Assembly: GCA_050084515.1 (NCBI GenBank)
Contig: CM114271.1
Location: 45,508,001 to 45,572,000 of the forward strand
Length of the DNA: 64,000 bases
Direction: 5' to 3'
From: Blasia pusilla
Taxonomy: Eukaryota
The translations under genes were made by a program, and so were the position numbers. Shown here in pieces: positions 1 to 11,700 of this stretch. Numbering within the stretch: position 1 is the stretch's first letter; every line of letters begins with the position of its first letter. The notes below the pieces were generated by a model. The model ran no database searches. It had not been told where the DNA came from and saw only the letters and a list, made by a program, of their open reading frames with translations.

Positions 1-33
1 AAGTTTCACAAAAATGGTTTTTTCATTGAAATA

Positions 34-2981
34 ATGGATGACCAAACTACGATAGCCAAAGTAAGTAGATCTGGAAAAATGTTCAAATTAGATGTTTCTA
101 TGCCAGAGATTCAAACATCCATGTATGGTCAAATCGGCCAACAAGTCACGGATCTAAATGTGTGGTATAAGAGAATTGGACATATGAATTTTCAAAGCTT
201 ACAGAGTCTTTCATCATATAATATAGAAATATGACTTCCAAAATTAGCAAGTCCCTACGTTAGAGATATGTCCTGCTTGCCAATTTGGAAAACAAGTAAG
301 ATTTCTTTTTCCAAAGCAAGGTAGAAGAGCATCCAAGATATTGGAGTTGATCTACAATAATGTGTGGACAACATCACAACATAGCCTTAGTGATTGCGAG
401 TACTTTATTTCATTTATTGATGACTTATCTATGTATATATGGGTATACTTTCTGAAAGCCAAGTTAGAGGTATTCTCAATGTTCCAAACATTCAGAGTTC
501 TAGTAGAGAAGCAGATTAGAGAATACATTCTGAAATTGCGTTTTGATGGAGGAGGAGATAATCTTTCAACAGAGTTTGATGACTATTTATGTCAGAATGA
601 CATCCAAGATGAAGTAACTTACCGTTACACTCCACAAAAAAATGGAGTGGTTGAGAGGAAGAATCAACATATTGCTGAAGTGACACGAGCTATGCTAAAT
701 GAGAAAAACATGCCTAAGATGTATTGGGCAAAGGCTGTAGTGTGTGCAGTCTTCTTAATCAACCGAACTCCAACAATAGGAGTTCATGATAAGACTCCAT
801 TCGAAGACATATTGCTGAAGCGATACGAGCTATGCTAAATGAGAAAAACATGCCTAAGGTGTATTGGGCAAAGGCTGTAGCGTGTGCAATCTTCTTAATC
901 AACCGAACTCCAACAGTAGGAGTTCATGATAAGACTCCATTCAAAGTCTTCATAGGAAATAAACCTGATTTTTCCTTCTTGAAAGTATTTGGTTGTATTT
1001 GTTATGCTCATGTTCTTTCTGAAAGACTACAGAAATTAGACCCCAAATCTGAAAGATGTATATTCATTGGCTACGTTGATGGAACTAAGGGGTATAAGTG
1101 CTACATTCTATCCTCTAGGCACCTTATTATTAGTCGCGTTGTTGTCTTTTATGAGCTAAAGTCATTGTATGCTCTATCTGAGCCTATTTCATCTCTAAAC
1201 TCATTTGTTGAGGGGAGAATATGAATATAAACCAGTAGACATTGCCTTCAAATTTCCCAAATATTAGTGTAGGATTTAGTCTGTTGACACTAGTCAGAGC
1301 TCGAGCCAGGTGTTAGAGGCATCTACCCTGAACAACAATTTTGTAGATCAAGTAGAGTTACACATCATGTTCATAAATTTATAAATGAAGGTTTCCTTGC
1401 AACACATCATGCATATATGATGACTACGCTTCAAGAACAAGAGCCGAGATGTTTTGAAGAAGCTGCAAGTAAAGTCGAATGGATTGAAGCTATGGAGGAA
1501 GAGCTTACTGTATTAAAAATCAACAAATATGGGAGGTGGTTGATATACCTTCCGGTAAGGAAGCTACTTGTTGTAAATGGGTTTACAAAATCAACACAAT
1601 CAAGATGGTACAATTAATAGATACAACACGAGATTGGTGACTAAGGGCTATACACAACAATATGATATTGATTATCAGGAAATATTTAGCCCTCTTGCAA
1701 AGATGGCGACTATGAGAACAATGGTTGCAATTGCAATAAGTAAGAAGTGGAGATTACATCACATGGACGTCAAGAATACCTTCTTGAATGGAGATCTATA
1801 CGAGGAGGTATATATGACTCAACCATCTAGATATGAGCATCCCAAGTTTCATTTCGCGTATGCAGGTTGAAGAAAGCTCTATATAGGCTAAAATAAGCTC
1901 AAAGAGCTTGGTATGACAAGATTACATACGTCCTACAAGAGCTGGGTTTTAGGATATGTGATTCTGACTCCTTGTTATATGTCTTGATAGGACAAGATTA
2001 TACGGTTATCATTGTGTTGTATGTTGATGATCTTTTGATTATTGGGAGTATTGAAGAAATGGTACAACAAGTCAAGCTGAAGTTACAAGCAGAATTTGAT
2101 AAGAAGGATTTGGGAGAACTCAAGTATTTCCTTGGTGTTGAATTTATCAAGGTTGGAGAGAGCATGTGGTTACTACAACAACAATATGCTCTTCATATGC
2201 TTTCAAAATATGATATGACGGCTTGTAAGCCAATCTCTATACCGTTGGATCAGAGTGTGAAGCTAAGAGTGGATGAAGAAGAGTTGCTTGCAGATTCTAA
2301 TATGTACAAGCGTATGGTTGGAAGTTTGATCTATCTAACTATAACCAAGCCAGATTTGAGCTATGTTGTTGGCATAGTGAGCCAATTTATGCAAGCACAT
2401 CGAAAAACTTATCTTGATGTTGTGAGGAGGATTATGCGCTATGTGAAATTCTCTGTTCAATTCGGACTTCAATTTGAACCTTCTCCGAATTTTCAATTAC
2501 TAGGATTCACAGATGTTGATTGGGCAGGAAGCGTGTCTGATCGACACTCTACATCTGATTATTCATTTACTTTGGGAAGCTCATCTATAAGTTGGGCTTC
2601 AAAGAAGCAACCTACAATTGCTTTATCTTCAATAGAGGTTTAGTACAGAGGAGCAACCAATGTAGTATGTGAGACGGTGTGACATGCTACATTGGTGTTA
2701 GTAACTTAGGACCTAGTGTAATATATGCAGACAATATTAGTAACATCAAGCTTGTTAAGAACGTTTTGTTTCATGCTCGTACAAAGCATGTTGAGGTGCA
2801 CTATCATTTTATCATAGAGAAAGTGTTTTCCGGAGAAATTAATCTTGTGTATATAGATACAGATCAACAAATTGCTGACATCTTTACAAAGGCATTATCT
2901 AGAAATAAGTTTGAGATGTTTAAAAATGATATATTTGTTAAAGATATCGATATGAGATTGAGGGGGAGTATTGAAGATTGA
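34..2981 (+). mobile_element. Degenerate Ty1/copia LTR retrotransposon pol (GAG-pre-integrase, integrase, RT, RNase H); 5' part lies outside the window
   Basis: Domains in copia order: WYKRIGHMN (pre-integrase); FIDD..YIWVYFLK, LRFDGGG and YTPQKNGVVERKN (integrase); HHMDVKNTFLNG and LYVDDLLI (RT); DVDWAG, YADN, HARTKHVEVHYHF and QIADIFTKAL (RNase H). Many stops and frameshifts. Confidence 0.97.
667..946 (+). repeat. Tandem duplication, 2 x 140 bp, inside the copia integrase
   Basis: 667-806 and 807-946 align without gaps with 7 mismatches, all transitions; duplicates the peptide MLNEKNMPKxYWAKAV. Confidence 0.95.
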
Positions 2982-3280
2982 GTTACAATCAAGTTCATGA
3001 AACACCTAAATTGCTACATTTGGTTCTCACATGAAGTAGGGAACTTTAATCTTGGTTAGTTAGTTAAGCGCGATTATCTTAATTATGGTTAGTTAATCAC
3101 AATTAGTCTAACTTTAGATTATGGTTAAGGTTAGGGTTAGGGTTGCTTGTACATATCCTATATAATTGAGAATGGGACCAACCTCCACTCATTCTCTCAT
3201 TGCAAATTTCATTCTCCATATTGGTGCGTGAGTGTGAGAGCCATTTTCCATCAATTATGCTTCTTTAGCAGTTTTCTACA
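2959..3280 (+). repeat. Polypurine tract plus putative 3' LTR of the copia element
   Basis: PPT TGAGGGGGAG (2959-2968) directly after RNase H, followed by TATTGAAG (decayed TGTTGA start). TATA-like CCTATATAA at about 3158. Candidate end ...TTCTACA at 3280, after which the sequence turns very AT-rich. Confidence 0.7.
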
Positions 3281-3450
3281 AATAAATATATGATCTCAAT
3301 CATCCTCCATTATAAAAGAAAATTTACTTTTGAAGAAAATTTTAGCTATTGGTAAAATAAATAAATTCTTAAAAACCAAAAAATAAAATATATATTGAAA
3401 AATGATGGATATTATAGAATGCCAATATTATTACCTTTCCCATTCTTTAA

Positions 3451-3840
3451 AAATAATTAATGTGTTTTTAGGGTTAAAAAATTTATTCAAAAAAGAAGAA
3501 ATTAAAAAAATCTAGATCATTGATTCCACAATAATTTTCCCTATTTTCTTTTGATTCTCATTCTTATTATTATTTAGTTAGAAGAAATCCAAATTCTATG
3601 AGAAAAATAAAATTTTTGAAGAAATTAGTGGATATAATAAGCATTATGATATATGTAGTGTTCATCGTAGAAAATCCACCATCACAAAAAAATCAAAATA
3701 AACATTTTTTTAAGAATAACGTAAAACTTGTGAAAAAATGGGACTTTTATTACGCGGATAAGAAAGTCTTCATTCACATCACCTACAATAATTAAGAAGC
3801 AAGGGTAAATTTTTTAACCCTAAAAACATATTAATTATTT
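3451..3840. mobile_element. Possible MITE/foldback element with ~35-bp inverted repeats
   Basis: 3451-3485 AAATAATTAATGTGTTTTTAGGGTTAAAAAATTTA is the reverse complement of 3806-3840 with one mismatch; the interior is AT-rich. Confidence 0.5.
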
Positions 3841-6800
3841 GTAATGTGTCTACTTGTCTAAGATCCATCTACATATGAATCCTAACATCTCTACATATGA
3901 ACGACTGGACAACTCCAATGTAAAGTTGAATATGAATTGTAAGCTATGATGAAATCTGCAATCAAGCGTGCTTTATCCAAACAACCCTATTTATGAATTA
4001 GATACACGATGTTGCAATAGCAAGAGAAATTGTACACAAGGACTCCCAAAATGTGTATGATTTTCCATATCAATCAATCCTAGCCCATTCTTCAAGAGAG
4101 AACCCAAGCTCAATACATGCACGCTACACTATATTATGGATCCCAACACGAGTCTGATCCTAAAGGAAGATTAGCTCCAAATGAGCTTCATTCGACGTAT
4201 GCCCCTCTGGGCACCTCCATGGGTGACTTATCACACATGTCACCTCCCTCCTAGCAACTCACTACAAACCTGTAATATACAAATACTAACTCCCTAACAA
4301 CTACATTTGTGGTTCCCTCATGAGACCAACTACCAACTAACCCACGACTTTCGTGCGCCTACTCCCCTCAAACATCAATCTCTAATGTTACGGAAGCGTA
4401 CTTTCAGTAGGACACGCTCTCATCACCGATCTGCATCCAAACACATTCATATTAGTCTAGTCTGGGTCAACCGGCCTTCCAGCCCATCGAGTCCTCAACC
4501 CGACATATGATCAAGCTCAATCTTCCCTCATTCCTAGCTTCCCAACATGGGCAAGTCTTCGGGGACTTGGGACAGACTTTCAGGTTAGTCCACACACCTA
4601 AAATAATATTTGCGTGTCTAGCGGTCCCAACTTTCCGATGGACCTCGCATGAGCTTCCATCCAAGACCCAAAAATATGAGTCGCGAATTGGAATCCTCTG
4701 AAATCCACTCTAGTGGACTTGGTTTGGATTTCGAATCCCAATGCCAAAACTCCCAATCCATTCTGTGCCCTTGAGTCATCCCACGACGCCCAAAGTGGGG
4801 TTTGAGTCACAAGCACCCTTGGAGACCTTCCCCCTTGATAGGACTTTTGGGAAACTCCACCCTCCCCTACGTTTGGGGAAAAGGCATCCGAGCCCTTCTT
4901 TTTGGCCCTCAACCCGACTCCTCATAAAGTATTTTTTGGAAAATATCTCAGTCTCTGCTTGAGCGTTTGCCAAGATCTCTAGTGCGTTGGAACCAGATCT
5001 ATGTAATCTTTCCGACGCTACCTTATTTGTATCAAACACATCTTAGGGCTAAAAGTTATGGTAAAAAATACAGTTGAAGACCCCAAACGCTAGTCACGTC
5101 TCAAGTTCGGTTCTCATCCCTTGGCCACGTCTCGTCCAAGACTCAAATCCTCTCAAGTCTGGGTTTGCATTTCCTTCTGATTTCCTAGTCGCAACCATAA
5201 ACCATTTGTTTTGTATTAGATTGCACTTTATACGATTTTGAAGCCAAGAGATATGACCTCGGATTTGGACACATAGGTATTTCCAAAAATTTTCTAGGCA
5301 TAAGCATGCCAACCTAGTCGATAGGTTGGTAGAATACTATATGGAATGTAATATTACATTGGAGGGCATCCCAAAAATAATCCTATCATGATTATAGTGA
5401 AGATATGCGATAGGAAATATATGGTTAAGAAGTCTACATTGGACCTTAAGGTGGGACTCAAAGTCTTTGCACTCAAGAGGTTAGTCATGGATGATTATTG
5501 GGATGTGGATGACTCTCCCATTTTATTCTCCTATATTGGTGTATTATATCTCCTTTGTAGATGGAGGGAGATTGTGAAGAGAGCTCATTCTTGCTTGGAA
5601 TATCTACTGTCTCTCTATGCCTTGAGTGTCAAGGATATCCGTCAATCTCAATATATTGATTGTAATGATCTGAGAACATTGAGGTACATCTGTTCTCACT
5701 TGATATATTGACAATATATGATGTGGGAACATTAAGCTACATACGTACCTGATTGATGTGTATGGCTAGAAGAGTTGGAGGATAAGTTTTTGAGTAGACT
5801 GTTGGCTCCTTGGGTACTCACTCAAGGGTAGAGAAGAGTCCTATGTGCATGACTCCCAACTTCACCGATGTTGACATGATACAAAACCTACTTTTGTAGA
5901 TAATTGCAAACCTATGTTACAAATCATTAAATTTTCCCTTGCATTATTGGAAATTTTCTTCTTACTCTCAATCAATGAATTGCATTCACACTATTTCAAT
6001 CCTCCAACCTTTGTGCACAATCTTCCAATGGCAACTTTGTTGTCACATTTATTCCCAAATTGAATATTTTAGTCATTCATATGACTCCTTGAACCTCTAA
6101 GACCATTTCCTTCAACCTTATTGTTATGGCCACTAACACCTTTCAACAACCTCCTTCTTGATTTTGCCAAAGGAAAAAAGAGAGAAAATAAATTCTTATA
6201 GATTCTTCAAATCCCACATAATGTCATTCATATCATGGTGTAGTCTCTACAGCACCCTGCTTATGCTTTGACTCATCACCCATGTCAAAGAGACCAAGTG
6301 TTGAAATGACTTGGGAAAAACAAAAGCCACACGCCTTTGAAGAAAAAAAATATTATCGTAAGTGCAAGTTCCTCATGAGTCCCTACACTCGCAAAATAGA
6401 CTTGCAAAAAAATGCATTAAAACAAATTCGGACTCGAAATAGACTCACAAAAGCTTTTCGAGTAACTTGTAGCTTTAAGGACTTGCAAATAAGGAATACT
6501 CAAAAACCAATTTCCGAAAAATTCCCACGCGCAAAGATTAGTGTAATCGCCTAAGGTCGCACAATGTGCTTGTGAGATCCTCGAACGATATTAACTCACA
6601 AAAGTACTTGAAGTGGACTTGCAAAGTAGTAGTTAATGCTAAGAAAGGGCTCGCAAAACAACTTTGGGCACCCTTCATACTCCTAGAAGTGAGGATGTAT
6701 GCAATTTTGTAAATTCCTCGTGGTTGATAGGCCCTCCAAGAGGTAGGTAGAGTGTGATTAAACAAGGATGTAGAGATCGTAGAGTAGTATGTGTAAGTCA

Positions 6801-7787
6801 CATGGAAGAGCAAGCACATGAACACATTTACAACTAAAGAGGAAGAAAGGTCAATCATCTCACCCTCTCATTTGTCTCATTGGATTTATCCTTCACCAAT
6901 ATGTACAACTTTGTCCACTTGTAAGCTTCCCTCAACATATGGTCAAATTGCAAGTCTCTCGGACAATCAATTGAATGTTTTAGCATTACTCATTGAAAGT
7001 TTGAGGTTCTGCGATTTGAGGTTCCTTGGGCATATGGATTCTTACGTGGGTTCTCCCACATAAGTTAGGTTTTGTTTTCCTCTTAGTTAACTCTATGTGA
7101 TGCAATCATGCCGAGGCTACTATCTAGAGATCCCATCAAAACTATGGGCTCCCCCATTTTCTCCTCCCTACCACAAGTGCTCGTCTTGGAGTTAAGTGTT
7201 CTTTCATTCCCCCTTTTTGATATTACAAATAGATTCTCCTATCCTCTTCTACTGCACGATATGCCCATGCTACGAACATTGAAAAAAATTGGAGTGGAGT
7301 CCTAAATGGAGGGATTTGTAGATCAAAGAGGAAGTGCCATCTTAAACTAGCAACTTCCAAAATCGGTGTTTAACTAGTGTGTAAGTCACTCGAATCTATA
7401 CATACCCTAAATGGACCTTCGATTATCTTTACGGCCCCTCTAGACACTCTCCTTTTTTTTACTCTCCATCTAGGCTATCCGGGGAAATTACTTTCTCTCT
7501 CACCCCTTTCAAACGACAACACATTAGTTTTTATCTATGTTGACTATTTTGTCTCGTAGTGACATGTGCACTTTTTTCGCTAACAAGTTAGATTCCATTT
7601 GTGTTCTCCATATGGAACTCAAAACGTGAAATCGTATAAAGTGGAGACTAAAGTTTAGGGTGGCCCTACGGACCTCGTCTGACACGCCCCATAACTCCAA
7701 ACAGTAAACATACGTGAGCTTTCTTTCGTGTGTACAAAAGTGACGAAAACCGTGAAGTGAAGCCGGACGGGACAGCGCATGGCGGCA

Positions 7788-7860
7788 CGGGACGGGAATG
7801 GGCGGGCGGGGCGGGGCGGGGCGGGGCGGGGGCAGGGAAGGCGGGGCGGGACCACGGGGG
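7788..7860 (+). repeat. G-rich (GGGGC)n tract upstream of GCP2, G-quadruplex-prone
   Basis: GGGCGGGCGGGGCGGGGCGGGGCGGGGCGGGGGCAGGG...; many G3-G5 runs with 1-nt loops. Confidence 0.8.
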
Positions 7861-8702
7861 TCGTAAGAAGCCCGGAATGAGGAAGCTGCGAGAGGTGGGG
7901 CACTAGAGTTGCATCCTCAGGTGTGCGAACGGAACATTTGAAAACTGGTGCACTGTCTGTAGTTGGGAGGGCGGATTGGGGAAGGGATCCACATGCAGCG
8001 ATCGAGCGAGGGATCGATCGCAGTCGCAGCGTCATGGAAGGTGTGGCATGCGCACGCAGGGATGCGCGAAGTCGCAGAGAATTTTGAAATAGAATGTCTG
8101 CGCAATACAGTGGTGGCGGAGAAATCTTCCCGGTGTGCGTACTTTTTTGTGCGTTTTGAATTCGGCGGATGGAACAGCGAATGTTGAGGAATGCGTTTTT
8201 GGTAGCATAGGCAGACGAGGAAATGGGAATGTGGTATGCGCCGGGAGGGGGAGTGGAGTAGACTGTGTGGAAAGAAAATGGAGTGGCTAATCAACAGAAC
8301 AGGAGAAATAATCGTGTCTGATATCGGGGTTGGATTCAAGCAGGGCGTAGGGTTTAGCACAGATGTTCGACCAATCGAGCAGGACGAGGGGAGAAATCTC
8401 TCACGGCTGGATTATGTGGAGGTGCGAGTGGGGCTAAGACTTTGACAATATTGGGAAACGAATATGGACGTTGGGACGGGAGGACTTCCACTACTGACTG
8501 TGGTGGAATGGAATGTCGGCCGGAAATGTATGAACGAGGCAGCTGGTTGGAAGTGAAACAGAGAAATTTCCATGGTGGTGAATTTGTTTCATGACTTCAT
8601 AATGTGAGTTTCAAGAGGAATATGTCTGAGCCGACTCTCCAGGTATGAAGACTTGAACGGTTGCAGAGTAGAGGAACAGAGGTAGTGCTACTTTTCAAAC
8701 GG

Positions 8703-11700
8703 ATGGCCACTATGGACAGGACGAAGGGAGATCCTATTAGAATACAAGAACTGCTCCAGGAGTTGGTAGAAGTTTGTAAGACGACTTCAGAGGCAGCAGC
8801 ACTATTCCATGATCATCTTATCACAGAATCAGGGGAGTTTATCCCCTCACTGAAGAAAGCATCCGCTCAAACCGTGCCCAAGGTGAGTTTTTCTCAAATG
8901 AGTTTTAGGACTTGAATCTTTTGAATCATAGTATTGCCCTTGTAGTAAAAGAGGTGAGTGGATTCTTGTTGACTTATTCGCATCCGGACATTCTCCGGAT
9001 CGACAAGGCATTATGATTGCACGTGTGACCCGTCGGTCAGCTGAGCGAATTGATTAAGTCGTCCAGTCACTCTATCGTCCAAGAACCCTACTTCCTAGAC
9101 GATGCCTGTCTGCATTGAATCGTGTTCGTCTGAGGGGCCTCGTTGTGCTGTGACGGTGACATGTTGCTTCCCTAAACTTCTTGAGCTTTATTCCATGCTT
9201 ATCCTTGCAGATGCAGCTACTTCAAGAGCAGCGTGTTCTTCTAGCTGCCTCGCCTTATCCTCAGAAACTCATGGAGAAGATCGAACTGCTGAAAGATGCT
9301 GGGTAAATTGCCGTGCCTGGAGCCCCGTCCATGAACGTGTGTTTTGGACTTAGGGAGATTAGGTAGGTTCCTAGGCCAAACTGGAGACTAGAGAGTTTTT
9401 GGGCTATATACGTGATTGTCACATGGTAGGCAAATGAAGGTGTGGCTGTTATGGAGCAAACAGCAATGGCAGGGCTAAAACTTAGAAACAGCTGTAGTTG
9501 GAGGAGCTTCTATTGGGTTAAGTCCGTAATAGTTTCTAGTGTCGGTAAAAAAGCAGTAAGCAAATAAGGGGACGGCCGTGACTTGTGAATGATCAATTTA
9601 CAGTACCCTTGCACATAATTTGAACACAAAATGCTAGAATTTTTGGGCTGTATTTATTTCACCACCTATGATTGACAAAGCCTGCACTGTTATCAGTATC
9701 CTAAGTTTTCGTCATGTAGTACTTACTCTCTGTGAGCACTGTTGGCACTCTGAGATATCATATAGGGTGCAAGGAATCGATCGCTATATTTGGCTTGTGG
9801 GTCAAATCATTGCGGATCCAGATGTCAAGAAGATGGTCTCCGTCCAGCCTAGTGCTGAAGCCTCTGCATCTTTAGATCCAGGTGACACTGCACTTGAATC
9901 TGGCCCAAGCTCACCAAATCAAGCATCTGATGTGAGTAGCTCCTCAAAATTACTGAGTAGATCTTTCTGTGAACCCTTCAGATCATGCCTTCATGTATTT
10001 TATCAGGATGGATCCAAACCAATCAATTTCTGGTACAGTGGAATGTGGAATGTGTTTAGGGTAGTAGTGTCAATTTTTTTGGCACTTGTTTCTCTACTTG
10101 TGCAGGTGTCCAGTCCTGGGAAGGTGGCACCAGCTATTGATGCCGTAGAGACTGCTACAAGGCAGCAACATGATGCAACTCTGGATGAAAGCAACCATCA
10201 AAATGGATTAGGAAAACGAGCGCAACGGATGGATAGTAAGTCAATGGTGACATCAATCCTACAAATTTTGTAGTCTTTTTCATCTTACAGCCTGTCCTTG
10301 TAGCAACGTTTTAAGAGACATGCTGTCGATCTCTTCGCCAGTTTATATCTGGTTCATCTGTCTGGCTTGTGGTGGCAGAAGTGCTTGGGGTTCCAAAGCC
10401 ATTAGTTGAGGGTGTATCCTACCCTGGAACCCCTCAGTGGAACATCGATAGGCCATTTCTTACTGGCAAACACTTGTATCAGCAGGTACGAATGTCTGCT
10501 TTTGCTCATAAACTGCTGTAGATAAGCTGATCCGTGACTGGCTATGTCGCTACTCTCTGTTTGGAGTTCCTTTCCTGTATTGACACTGTACCTTTTGTTT
10601 GTGGTCAACTGGCACAGGAGATAATTATTCCAACTCCTTTCATGAATATGAGCAGAAGAAGCTCCTTGGATAGAGACCTGGTTAGGTATGCAGTTTTAGG
10701 CTCGCAATTATTTTATAGTTCTGATGTGGCTTGTTATGGCATTGGGAAGGTGTATAATCTTCTTACAACATCCCACTTGATCTGGCCTTATTAATTCTGT
10801 GTATCTTTTTGAAAAGCTTAAACCAAAGCATGGTCATAAAGTGGAGAAGATGGAAAATATTGGGGGGGATAGTAGCTCCAGGGGCCTAAATTTTCTCATG
10901 TCACAAGCATCTTTTTTGGCTGCAGCAATGGCGAAAATAACCGCTCCCTTGGTGGTTATTCACCAGCTGTGCAGGTACAGTCTCTCCTTTTTATTCTCTC
11001 TTTTTGACTTCAATTTAAATTCAGTCCTGTCCTTTGAATGTCAAGAGAATACTGAGTTGCTGTGGTCAGCAACTGGTGCTAAAATTACCTATAGTCACCA
11101 AGACCGTGATGTCTAGAAACTCATAAAAAAACTACCAAGTAGTGGGTTCACAAGGAGCCTTACAAGAGGGTGTGATCACTATTTGTACTTATCTAGGTAT
11201 TTCTAATCCATCTCCAATCAGAGTTTATTTGTATCGTCAAGTGCACTAGTTGTATGAGAGAAGATGTGGCTTGGAAATTCCAAGTGTGGCTCTGAAATTC
11301 CTTGGAATTTCCAATCAAAGGGGGATCAAAGTACATAGAGAGGGTTGGCAAAGTGGGTGGACAGAATGCCCTTACGATTTCTGCAGAATTGTGATTCAAC
11401 TTCTGCAATAATCATTGTGCTAGGGAAGCTATTTGCAAGTACCACTGTTGAAGAGACAATATTTTGCAAAATTATCACTACCTGGAGACTTTTATTTTCT
11501 GCCTTATGTATACTTACTCTAAAAGTCTTTCACTGCAGGAATTACTTGTCATAGATGATCTGTTATCGATGATGGTGGGCATTGAAGGGAACTATGTTCG
11601 GGTTAGAAGGGGCAGGCTGAAAGAGAATTCCTTGTCACTTTCTGTGGACCCAACTATGGATTCCTCCATACAGGTGAGATGAGAAGGATGCAAGAGCTAG

